DNA of 64,000 bases from an uncultured Gemmatimonadaceae bacterium (GCA_963817955.1 CAWFQK010000001.1:96001-160000); one strand, 5' to 3'. Shown: positions 40,187 through 50,806, counted from the stretch's first letter. Notes: generated by a model not told the origin, from the letters alone. Program-made: numbers and translations.

Positions 40187-41385
40187 CTATTCCATGCTGC
40201 GCCGATCGGGTGCGACCCAGTCGGGCATCGACCGCTTCATGAACGCGTCGAACATGGGAACGGTGAACGCAGTGTCGCCGTGCTGTGGGCTGTACACCAT
40301 GCCTTTGCGAGTCAGTTCTTGGCGTACGAATCCCACGGACGTCACCTTGACGCCTAGCTTCGCCGCAATGTCGCCGGAACGATGTGGCCCAGGACCGAGT
40401 TCGGCCATGGCGCGCATGTATTCCTTTCCCCTAGGAGTCAGCCGATCCAGCCGAACGCGGAAGAAACCTTCGTCCAACCGATGTAGTGCAGCAGTGGTCG
40501 CGTGTTCGACGTTGGGCAGCGTAATCGGCGATTCGGGGGAAATATCCCACGCGTTGGCCCCCCACTCCTGTAGAAAGTATGGGTAACCCTCGGTACGCTC
40601 GACGATCGCAGCGAGCGCCGCTGGCTCGATGTCGACGCCTTCGCTGCGCAGGGGCTCGCGGATCGCGCGCTCAGCGTCCTGTCGCCCCAGGGATCCGACC
40701 TCCGGGTAGTCAAACAGGCGCTCCGCGTAAGATTTTGCCTCCCCGGCAAGCGCCGCGAGCGATGGCAGGCCTGCGCCGAAGAAGACCAGGGGCAGACGGC
40801 GCTGGCCGATCTTGTGGACCGAGACGATCAATGCAGCCAGATCCTCTGAGGACATGTACTGCACTTCGTCAAGCAATAGCGCGATTGGCGTCTCTGCGGC
40901 GCGGGCTGCTTCGGCAACAAGCAGCATCAAGTCAGGTAGGTCGGTTTCCAGATGCCCAGAGGCAGCGACCCCTGGCTCACCTACGCCTAGCTCAGCGTCT
41001 CCAACCTTTACTTTAAACACGCTAGCGAAGCCCTGAAGGCCCCGGAGTGCCTGAGTCGCTAGGGATCTCGCTTTCTCGACCGTGCTCAAGCGATTGAGCA
41101 GCAGCCTCAGGGGGGGGGGGCCAGCATCTCCGCCAAGCGACGATTCTCGGGCGCCTCGAGCTCAATCGTCCGGTACCCCTCTCCCTCAGCTATCCGGCCA
41201 ATCTCGTTCAGCAGTACGGTCTTACCCACCCCACGCAGACCGAGGAGTCAGATACTCCTCGCCGGTCTCCCGATCTGGATCCGAGCGAGCGCTACCTTTG
41301 CATCCTCTATGATTTGGTCGCGTCCAGCCAGCTCGGGAGGGCGTGTTCCGGCACCCGGCGCAAAGGGGTTTCGCTTGCGATTCAT
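40187..41385 (-). pseudogene. AAA-family ATP-binding protein with wHTH, disrupted
   Basis: MNRKRNPFAPGAGTRPPELAGR, an in-frame TGA at 41248-41250, Walker A GLRGVGKT, a frameshifting C11 tract at 41110-41120, then LLLDEVQ, GYPYFLQ and FTVPMF. Confidence 0.9.
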
Positions 41386-41551
41386 GGACGAATTATGCGG
41401 GAATTAGGTCAGTTTAGCAATTATAACCATAATTTCCCGATATGCCCGTGTTCGGCTGAGGACCGGGCGGACAGCGTTCTGGCAAACGGAGGCAACTTAG
41501 GGTGATTTATGGTTTGCTGCCAAAAACCATCCTAAACTCCCGCAAACGCAA

Positions 41552-41700
41552 CTACTTGGGCCCTCCGCCGGAAGGCGTTCTTTCGTCGGTCTTCATGTCC
41601 GGCTCGTGTTCGCCGATGGCGATGTTCTCGACCTCGGGTTCGAGATCGAGAATCTCGAAGAGGCGGTCCGCGGCGACGAGTGCGTCCTGCATCGTGCGCG
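41552..41700 (-). pseudogene. ABC exporter fragment
   Basis: QDALVAADRLFEILDLEPE resembles the TMD-NBD junction of ABC exporters. It is an isolated fragment. Confidence 0.45.
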
Positions 41701-41772
41701 AAGGCGCGAGGCATGAGGCGCAACGCGGCGGTCGTGCTTGAAACCTCGGCGCACGCGGACGTGCGACGCGCG

Positions 41773-42076
41773 TCACTGATCGCGCAATGCGGCTATCGGG
41801 TCGATGGTCGTTGCCCGACGCGCGGGCAGATACGACGCAATCAGCGAGGCAGAAAGTAGGAGCGTCGTCCCCACAATGAAGGCCAACGGATCGTAGCTGC
41901 TCGTCTGGTACACCAGCGAGCCCGGGATAGAGGGTGCCGTAATTGAGCACCAACCGATTGCGACTGGTCTCCTCGATCCGGCGGGCGATGCCATATCCGT
42001 GGAGCGGCCCGAGCACCTGAAGGGTCTTCAGGATCATCAAGGACAGCGTGCCCTGCGGGATGTCCAGCTTGTCCAC
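41773..42076 (-). pseudogene. PadR N-terminus fused to an ADOP permease C-terminus (deletion scar)
   Basis: MDKLDIPQGTLSLMILKTL..LHGYGIARRIE..GTLYPGL is joined near 41920 to LVYQTSSYDPLAF..YLPARRATTIDPIAALRDQ. Confidence 0.88.
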
Positions 42077-42082
42077 GGTCAG

Positions 42083-42105
42083 CTCCTATGGTCAACCGAT
42101 AGGAG
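42083..42105. promoter_or_regulatory. Palindromic putative PadR operator
   Basis: CTCCTAT-N9-ATAGGAG overlaps the padR RBS. A degenerate copy lies at about 42121-42145. Confidence 0.55.
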
Positions 42106-42241
42106 AATGTGGGTGGATGCCTTCTATGGGGAAGCAATAAGGGAGATGGCGAGGTAGACCCATCGGCCCGGCCCTGGACCCTCGTCGGCGCCTTCCATAC
42201 ATTCGCGTCGCCTCTCAACGTCCTCGGACCCAGGAGCACCG

Positions 42242-44125
42242 ATGCATCGCACACCACTCGCTGCTGCCGTCGCTGCCATTTTCGTCATCGCTCCCGTGCC
42301 GGCGCAGCCACAGGCCCCGCGCACGACCATCGCGCTCAGTGTCGACGCTACGAATGCTCCGTCGCGCATTCTCCATACGCGCGAGACGATTGCCGCACGT
42401 CCCGGCCCGCTCACGCTGCTCTATCCCAAGTGGATCCCCGGTGAGCACGGGCCAACCGGGCCACTCATCGACGTCGCCGGTGTGAGGATCTCGGCGGGCG
42501 GCGCGCTGATCGCCTGGCGCCGAGATCTCGAGAACATGTACGCCATCCACTGCACGGTGCCGCAAGGCGCGACCAACGTGGACGTCGCGCTCGACTTTCT
42601 TCTGCCTTCTGATGTCTCGGGTTTCTCGTCCGGCGCCTCGTCGTCTGCCAAGCTCGTCGTGCTGAACTGGAATCAGGTGCTCATGTATCCGAGCACACCG
42701 CGGCCCGACGACATCGTCATCACGCCGCAACTCACGCTGCCCATCGGATGGAAGTTCGCCTCGGCGCTCACGCCGAGCGGCAAGAGCGTCAGCCCGATTC
42801 AGTTCGCCGCTACGTCGCTCACTATGCTCGTGGACTCACCGGTGATGGCGGGACAGTACCTGCGTTCGATCGATCTCACGCCGGCGTCCGGCGTGAGACA
42901 CACGCTCAATCTCGTGAGCGACAACGAAGCGGCGCTCGCAATAAGTCCCGACCAGGTGACGGGATACACGCACCTGGTCACGGAGGCAAACGCGCTGTTT
43001 GGCGCGCATCACTATGACCACTTCGATTTTCTCTTCACTCTGAGCGACCAGGTCTCGCACTTCGGGCTCGAGCATCATCAGTCGAACGATGACCGTGTCG
43101 CCGAGCGAACGCTCATCGACGATAACCTCCGCCGCGCCGAGTCGGACCTGCTGTCGCACGAGTTCGTGCACTCCTGGAATGGGAAGTATCGCCGGCCGGC
43201 GGGCCTGGCGACGGGCGATTTCTCGACGCCCATGAAGGGGGATCTGCTCTGGGTGTACGAGGGACTCACACAGTACCTGGGCAAAGTGCTCGCCGCGCGG
43301 TCATCGCTTCAGACTCCCGACGAGTTCCGCGGTGATCTTGCACTGCTCGCGGCGCGCCTCGACAACCGTCCCGGGCGTACCTGGCGCCCGTTGCAGGACA
43401 CGAACGACGAAGCGTAACTGCTGTACTACACGCGCGGCGACTATGACGCGGTGCGCCGGTCGGTGGACTACTACGATGAAGGCGATTTGATCTGGCTCGA
43501 GGCCGATGTCACGATTCGCCAGCTCACCAACGGCCAGAAATCACTCGATGATTTCTGCAAGACCTTTCATGGTGGCCAGAGCACCTCGGCTGTCGTCAAG
43601 CCGTACACGTTTGACGAGGTAGTCGCGACATTGAACGGCGTGGTGCCTTTCGAGTGGAAGTCATTCCTCGAAACCAGGCTCCAATCGCTGTCTGCCCACG
43701 CACCACTCGGCGGGATCGAAGAGAGTGGGTGGAAGCTCGCCTATCGCGACACGCCTACGAGCATGCACGTGGCCAAAATGGCCGATGACCACGTGATCGA
43801 TCTGTGGTATTCATTGGGAATTCGGTTCTCGGAGGACGGAACGGCGCTCGACGTGCTGCCGGGAAGTCCCGCGGCGAATGCCGGTGTGGCGCCGGGCATG
43901 AAGGTCATCGCGGTGAACGGACGCAAGTACACCACGGACCTCATTCACGACGCGCTGCTGCTTGGAAAGACGAGCTCCGCGTCGCTCGATCTGCTCGCCG
44001 CGACAGGGGACTTCTACAACACGTACCACGTCGACTATCACGGTGGCGAGCGGTATCCGTACCTCGAGCGCGAGTCGGGAAAGGCGGATCTGTTGTCGGC
44101 GATCATCAAGGCAGTGGGGCGGTAA
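42242..44125 (+). pseudogene. M61 peptidase with PDZ domain, interrupted by one in-frame TAA
   Basis: PKWIPGEH, GLEHH, HEFVHSWNGK and EGLTQY. Stop at 43415-43417, after which the same frame continues to DYYDEG and the PDZ (GSPAANAGVAPG). Confidence 0.88.
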
Positions 44126-44139
44126 CGACGGATGTCTCC

Positions 44140-45177
44140 TCAATAGAACCGGATCATGACTTTGATCGCCTCGCGGTCGTTCATCGCGCGGTAGCCGTCC
44201 GGCACACCATCGAGATTCGTCACGCGGTCGAAGACGCGTCCCGGCTGGATCCGCCCTTCGAGCACGTCGGGGAGCAGCTCCTCGATGTAGGCGCGCACGG
44301 GCGCGGGTCCGCCGGCGACGATGACGTTGTCGTAGAAACTCTGCTTCGCCTCGGGGATGCCTTCATAGTGCGGCACGCCAACGCGGCCGACCGCGCCCCC
44401 GGGACGAACGACGCGCATCGCCGTCAGCATGGAGTCCGCCGAGCCGACGCACTCGAGGACCGCATGCGCGCCGTGGCCGCTGGTCAGCTCGCGCACGCCT
44501 GCGATGGCCTCGTCACCGCGCTCGCGGACGACGTCCGTCGCGCCGAAGTCGCGCGCGAGCGCGATGCGGTCCGGGTGACGACCCATGAGGATGACGCGCT
44601 CGGCGCCAAGGCGCTTCGCGGCGATGACGCCGCAGAGTCCCACGGCACCGTCGCCAATGACGACGGCCGTCTTGCCCGGCGCGACACGCGCTGCCCGCGC
44701 GGCGTGGTGCCCCGTACCCATGACGTCGGAGAGCGTGAGCAGCGAGGGCATGAGCGCGTCGTCGCGCCCGACCGGGAGCGCGACGAGCGTACCGTCGGCA
44801 TGCGGAACGCGCACCGCCTCGCCCTGGCCGCCGTCATTCTCCTTTCCGCCCCACCAGCCGCCGTGCAGACAGGAGGTCTGCAGCCCCTCCTGGCAGAACT
44901 CGCAGGTGCCGTCGGAGATGGCGAACGGCGCGACGACGACATCGCCCCGCTTGACCGTGCGCACGTGGGCGCCCACGTCCTCGACGACACCGATGAACTC
45001 GTGCCCCATACGACGCCCGGTCTCGCTCCGCTCCATCTCTTTGTACGGCCACAGGTCGCTGCCGCAGATGCAAGCGTATGTGACCCGCACGAGCGCGTCC
45101 GTCGGCTTCTTGATCGCCGCGTCGGTCACGGTCTCGACGCGGACGTCGCCCGCGCCGTACATCACGGTGGCTCTCAC
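44140..45177 (-). CDS. Zinc-dependent alcohol dehydrogenase family protein
   Basis: CICGSDL, GHEFIG, CEFC..C and GDGAVG. Confidence 0.94.
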   Translation of the reverse strand: MRATVMYGAGDVRVETVTDAAIKKPTDALVRVTYACICGSDLWPYKEMERSETGRRMGHEFIGVVEDVGAHVRTVKRGDVVVAPFAISDGTCEFCQEGLQTSCLHGGWWGGKENDGGQGEAVRVPHADGTLVALPVGRDDALMPSLLTLSDVMGTGHHAARAARVAPGKTAVVIGDGAVGLCGVIAAKRLGAERVILMGRHPDRIALARDFGATDVVRERGDEAIAGVRELTSGHGAHAVLECVGSADSMLTAMRVVRPGGAVGRVGVPHYEGIPEAKQSFYDNVIVAGGPAPVRAYIEELLPDVLEGRIQPGRVFDRVTNLDGVPDGYRAMNDREAIKVMIRFY

Positions 45178-45319
45178 TTCGTCTCTCCTGTCGTCTGACT
45201 GCGGGTGCTTTGCACCACTCGTATAGCGAGTGCGGGATTCCCGGCTTCGAACCTTTGCGAGGGCAGTGAGAGCAGAACCATTTACTCGATCGCCATGACG
45301 TGGAGGTGGTATCGCCGCC

Positions 45320-45673
45320 CTATTTAGCGGATGCTTCGCTCCGAGCAGCCACAGCGAATTGCAGAAAATACTCGCAGAGATAGCTGGCTAGATCCGCTTC
45401 CGCCGAATCGTCGAAGAACACACGACAGAACTGCTCGCGCGCGCGGAGGACTTCGCGTCGTTGCGGAAGCGTCCGTCGCGGATCGGTCGCTGTGAGATCG
45501 AACAGTTCGAGCGCGCGGTCGATCGCCCGATGACAACGCTCGGGTTGACCCGCTGCCTGCGCGCGTATCGCCCGCTCGACCTCACTACCGACGTTACCCA
45601 GTTGTTCCACCAAGGATAGCGTGTGCCAGCGCCCGCGAGCGAGCGAAGGATGCGCAGGCGCGTTCGTCATCAT
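45320..45673 (-). CDS. Conserved hypothetical helical-bundle protein
   Basis: RWHTLSLVEQLGNVGSEVERAI..RALELFDLT..RREVLRARE. All-helical composition. Confidence 0.75.
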   Translation of the reverse strand: MMTNAPAHPSLARGRWHTLSLVEQLGNVGSEVERAIRAQAAGQPERCHRAIDRALELFDLTATDPRRTLPQRREVLRAREQFCRVFFDDSAEADLASYLCEYFLQFAVAARSEASAK

Positions 45674-45712
45674 ACCGATTGAAAGTAGCAGTGCCCGGCA
45701 TCGACGGCAGCG

Positions 45713-45764
45713 TCGTGACAGTCGTGTGGCCACCGCCGGAGCGGTAGCCACACGACTGTCACGA
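45713..45764. terminator. Long hairpin downstream of the 245-aa hypothetical gene
   Basis: Perfect 18-bp stem TCGTGACAGTCGTGTGGC / GCCACACGACTGTCACGA plus an inner ACCGC-CGGA-GCGGT. There is no clear U-tract. Confidence 0.6.
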
Positions 45765-45797
45765 GACTACGCAACATCAACCTGCTTACGTCACTAC

Positions 45798-46535
45798 TTA
45801 CGTCACTGCGGGCGCCGTCGCGACCTGCGGCGCCGACCCCCCAGCGGTTGCTGCCACCGGCGGTTCGCCGGCGCCGCTGACGGCGGCCGGCACCTGTACT
45901 GATCCCTTCTGCACGACCCGTCTCGCCACGCGCCAGCCGGCGAGGAATGCCGGATCACCAGCAAACTGCCTGCTGATGACCGCGTTCAGCATGTTCACCG
46001 CCTCCCGTGCCCGTGCAAGCTCCTGCGCCATCGCCTGCGTTGCCCCGGCACGACGGACCTTGGTGTTTCCGCGCTCGGCTGCGACCGCCTCCACCGCGGT
46101 GGCGGCAGCACCAAGTTGCTGCAGCGTGTCCGTGGGGAACCCACCCTGCACGAGGGCATCGGCGTGCGGGGAGGCCGCCGTGGCCATCGCGCGTGCCGCG
46201 TGCACGAGCTGCTTGGGACGCAGCGACGACACGGGCGTGGTGAGGGCCGCAAAGTCCGGCACGCCGCGGAGCTTGGCGCGCGCGAACACGGTTAACGGCC
46301 GCATGTGCTGATTCTTCAGATCGCTGAGGAGCGACCGTTGACGACTGATCTGCCCGGCCAGCTGCAGATCTGCCGTGTTCTGGTCGATGCCGTGCCCCTG
46401 GAACTGCGCCACGGCCTCGTCCAACTGCCTCCGACCTTCCGATTGGTTGAGTGCCCCGACCTGAGTGGAGTGTACGTCGAGGAAGTCCTGCGACCGCCGC
46501 AGCGCTTCCCACTGCCGCTGTTGCGCCTGATTCAT
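45798..46535 (-). CDS. Uncharacterised alpha-helical protein (245 aa)
   Basis: AGGAG RBS. MNQAQQRQWEALRRSQDFL..HMRP..GGFP..FLAGWRVARRV, with an Ala/Pro-rich tail. Confidence 0.85.
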   Translation of the reverse strand: MNQAQQRQWEALRRSQDFLDVHSTQVGALNQSEGRRQLDEAVAQFQGHGIDQNTADLQLAGQISRQRSLLSDLKNQHMRPLTVFARAKLRGVPDFAALTTPVSSLRPKQLVHAARAMATAASPHADALVQGGFPTDTLQQLGAAATAVEAVAAERGNTKVRRAGATQAMAQELARAREAVNMLNAVISRQFAGDPAFLAGWRVARRVVQKGSVQVPAAVSGAGEPPVAATAGGSAPQVATAPAVT

Positions 46536-46688
46536 GCTAGCTACTCCTGCGTTACCTACGTGATGGATGCGTCGGACAGCAAGAACGCCAGCGCGCGCAT
46601 CCGTCACGCTGGCGGAGATCACTGTATGGATGACAAAGGCCGTGTATGGGCGGACAGAATGTCCGCTCGCCCACGCTGACAGCGCGCA

Positions 46689-46835
46689 CGGGTCGCCGAA
46701 AGGCGCGAGCAGGTCGCTGAATCACGCGAGCGGGTCAGCGAAAACCGCGACCGGGTCGCCGAAACACGTGACCGGGTCAACGAAACGCGCGAGCGGGTCA
46801 ACGAAAGGCCCGATCGGGTCAGTGAATCACGCTGA
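46689..46835. repeat. Array A: 7 x 21-bp degenerate tandem repeat
   Basis: Consensus CGGGTC-NNN-GAA-NNN-CGCGAS. Units start at 46689, 46710, 46731, 46752, 46773, 46794 and 46815. Confidence 0.92.
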
Positions 46836-46845
46836 GGGTCGGCCG

Positions 46846-47001
46846 TACAGCGCTTGCATCGCGTATTTCAGTGCTTGCATCGCGTTATTTCAGAGCTTGT
46901 ATCGCGTATTTCAGCGCTTGTATCGCGTATTTCAGCGCTTGTATCGCGTATTTCAGCGCTTGTATCGCGTCTTTCAGCGCTTGTATCGCGTCGTACAGCG
47001 C
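46846..47001. repeat. Array B: 7 x 21-bp near-perfect tandem repeat
   Basis: Consensus TTCAGCGCTTGTATCGCGTAT. Unit 2 is 22 bp. GTACAGCGC marks both ends. Confidence 0.95.
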
Positions 47002-47375
47002 AGACGGGGCGAAATCACCGATGTGAACACGAATGCCACAAATGCGTGCGACGGTTGTCGCGCCCATTCGTGGCATTTATGGCGTTTGCGCTCCGGGTTC
47101 AGCGATCGCTCATCGGCGAATCAGAGCTGGAGTCGCACTGCCCCCTACTATCTAGTCTCCGCTGGCGCACGCCAGCGCAAGAGTAAACTATCGTTTTCGC
47201 CAAAATTCTTTTGACGAGGACCGAAAAGTTGTGTTTTCGAGACTGGGGTGTTTGTAAAGGTGAAATCCCGAAGTGTCGTTGACGCAATTCTGTCCAGCAA
47301 ACCCTTACTTCGCGAAGGTTCGGGAGTACGGGCTGTGGACACGCGACACGCGAAACAACCGCATCCCGCTCACTT

Positions 47376-47888
47376 TCAGTTCGCGCCGCCGAGTTCGCGC
47401 GTCATCTCGATCATCGTCCGGCGGAACCCCGCGCTCGCAAACAGGCGTTGCGCGGGCGCATTCCGCTCCGCCGTCGAGAGCACAACTCGCGGGGCGCCAC
47501 GGACCTCGAGCGCCGCCAGCGACGCATCGAGTAGCATCCGAGCAATGCCGCGCCCGCGATTGGCGGGATCGACCACGATGTCGTACAGCACTCCCGCTGG
47601 CCCACGCAGCGCCATGTAGTCGCGTCCCTCCACGCCCGCATAGGTGTAGCCAAGCACCTTGCCGTCCTGCTCGGCGACGAGGACGAACACATTCGGCTCC
47701 TCGAGCTGGGTCCCCAGAAACGAGGCATACGCGTCCTCGGTCCGCGACGTGGCCTCAAGAAAGCGCTCCGGATCGAAATCGTGGTGCGTGCGAACGAGGA
47801 GCGCACCGAGGCGGCCAATGGCGGGCAAGTCTGCCCGCTTGGCGGGACGGATCGTGACGGCGGGAGCGTCGGATCGTGGCGCTGTCAC
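47376..47888 (-). CDS. GNAT family N-acetyltransferase
   Basis: VVDPANRGRGIARMLL and NAPAQRLFASAGF. Confidence 0.92.
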   Translation of the reverse strand: MTAPRSDAPAVTIRPAKRADLPAIGRLGALLVRTHHDFDPERFLEATSRTEDAYASFLGTQLEEPNVFVLVAEQDGKVLGYTYAGVEGRDYMALRGPAGVLYDIVVDPANRGRGIARMLLDASLAALEVRGAPRVVLSTAERNAPAQRLFASAGFRRTMIEMTRELGGAN

Positions 47889-47901
47889 TTTGTCCCGGCC
47901 A

Positions 47902-48984
<1,083 letters not shown>

Positions 48985-49153
48985 CTATATCTAGCTCTCC
49001 GAGGAGTTTGCACGCATTCACCATGACGGCCTCATGTGAATCCGCTACGCCCCCGTTGTTGCGCGTCCAGCCGCCGTCCGTCTAACCTGACATATTGCAA
49101 ACAGGCGTCTCATCACCTGAGTTCCGCTCGCGCCTCGCCCGAGCTCGTCACGC

Positions 49154-50770
49154 ATGCCAAGGACGATGATGTCCGTAGTGGCCAACGAAACGAACACGAC
49201 TGGGAAGCACCCGATTGCGGCGCGCCGGTCGTCGCACGCGTTCGCGCGCACCAGCGCGGACCTACTCGCCTGCCTCACGATCGCATTCGGCGTTGCCGCA
49301 GTGCTGGCATGGCACCTCGGGTGGATTCAGGCGTTCCAGCTCGTTCCCGGCGCCAATGTGGTGGCATACAACACCGCGCTGGCCTTCGTGGTGCTGGGCG
49401 TGGCCTCACTGGCGAGCGGGCGACAAAAGTGGGTGGTCGCCGTATGCACCAGCGTCGTGGCGCTCCTGGCCATTGTCACCTTGCTCGAGTACGCGGTGGG
49501 CCGCTCGCTCGGCATCGCCACGGTCTTCTTTCGTCCATACCCGGTGGGCGACATGCTGCCGACCGGTCGCATCTCGCCGAACGCGGCGCTGGAACTTCTC
49601 TTCGCTTCGACGGCGATCCTGATCGTCTCGTTTCGGCCCGGCGTCGGTTGGGCCCACGTCACGAGCGCGGTGATGGGTTGCCTGATGGGTGCACTCGGCG
49701 CGGCCGCGCTGCTCGGGTATGTGTTCGACGTGCCGACCGCGTACGGATGGGGAGAATTCACCGACATGGCGCCTACGACGGCGACCGTCTCGATGGCAAT
49801 GGCCGCCGTCGTGATCGCCCTGTCGTTCAGGAATCCTAAACAGCCCGCAGGCGAGTTGCCGGGCTGGCTGCCCGTACCGATTGGGATCGCCATCCTCACG
49901 CTTGCGGGAGCGATGGCGTCTGCCGTTGCGACATTGCCGGGCCGCACACATGTCGTCCTCAGTGTCACGATTCTCACATCCGGCATCCTCCAGGCCGTGC
50001 TGGTCAGTGGCGTGGTGCTCGTGCTGCAACGGCTCGGCCGCACGCGCGCCGCGCTCGAAATACAAGCGGCTGAACTCGCGCGCTCGAACGCGGAGCTTGA
50101 GCACTTCGCGTATGTCGCGTCACACGATCTCCAGGAGCCCTTGCGAATGATCGCCAGCTATGGCGAACTGCTCGATCGCAATCTCGCCGGCACGCTCGAC
50201 GAGAAGACCAACCGGTATCTCGCCTATATGGTGGATGGAGCGACCCGGATGCAGCGCCTCATCAACGACCTCCTGGCATACTCGCGCGTCGGCACCCAGG
50301 GCGGTCGCGCGGCGGTTACCGAGCCGGAAGCCGTGCTCGCGCGTGTTTGCGACTCGCTGTCGCTGCGCATGACTGACGTCGCCGGCCGCGTCACCAACGA
50401 CTCGCTTCCTGCCGTGCTCGCGGACCCGATGCAGCTCGAAGCCGTGTTTCAGAATCTGATCACGAATGCGCTCAAATTCACCGCGGGATCACCGCCGCGC
50501 ATTCACGTCACGGCGGAGGGCCAGGGCGACATGATCCATCTCGCCGTGTCGGATAACGGCATCGGGATCGATCCCGCATATTTCGATCGCATCTTCGTGC
50601 TCTTTCAGCGTCTGCACGGCAGCGGCAAGTACCCAGGCAGTGGCCTGGGCCTGGCAATCACGAAGAAGATCGTCGAGCGCCACGGCGGCAGCATATGGGT
50701 GGAGTCCGTGCCCGGCGGGGGGTCGACCTTCCATTTTACCCTGCCCGCCGCCCAGGTTGCCGCAGCGTAA
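49154..50770 (+). CDS. Membrane-bound sensor histidine kinase (Cph1-like transmitter)
   Basis: About 8 TMs, then RSNAELEHFAYVASHDLQEPLR, QNLITNALKF, DNGIG and GSGLGLAI. Confidence 0.94.
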   Translation: MPRTMMSVVANETNTTGKHPIAARRSSHAFARTSADLLACLTIAFGVAAVLAWHLGWIQAFQLVPGANVVAYNTALAFVVLGVASLASGRQKWVVAVCTSVVALLAIVTLLEYAVGRSLGIATVFFRPYPVGDMLPTGRISPNAALELLFASTAILIVSFRPGVGWAHVTSAVMGCLMGALGAAALLGYVFDVPTAYGWGEFTDMAPTTATVSMAMAAVVIALSFRNPKQPAGELPGWLPVPIGIAILTLAGAMASAVATLPGRTHVVLSVTILTSGILQAVLVSGVVLVLQRLGRTRAALEIQAAELARSNAELEHFAYVASHDLQEPLRMIASYGELLDRNLAGTLDEKTNRYLAYMVDGATRMQRLINDLLAYSRVGTQGGRAAVTEPEAVLARVCDSLSLRMTDVAGRVTNDSLPAVLADPMQLEAVFQNLITNALKFTAGSPPRIHVTAEGQGDMIHLAVSDNGIGIDPAYFDRIFVLFQRLHGSGKYPGSGLGLAITKKIVERHGGSIWVESVPGGGSTFHFTLPAAQVAAA

Positions 50771-50806
50771 GAATCCACGCAACGGGCTGACCCCACCCAC
50801 ATTCAG

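Noticed and set aside
46689..47001. CRISPR or TIGR-like guide array
   Set aside because: Units are contiguous 21-mers with at most 3-nt variable blocks. There are no unique spacers and no cas or Nop-domain gene recognisable nearby.
46567..47214. 215-aa plus-strand ORF across both arrays
   Set aside because: It stays open mainly because the repeats lack stops. There is no clear RBS or domain, so it is kept only as a hypothesis.
47210..47345. c-di-GMP-I riboswitch (GCAAACCC seed)
   Set aside because: It lacks the GAAA tetraloop and GACGCAAAGC elements, and no gene follows in that orientation.
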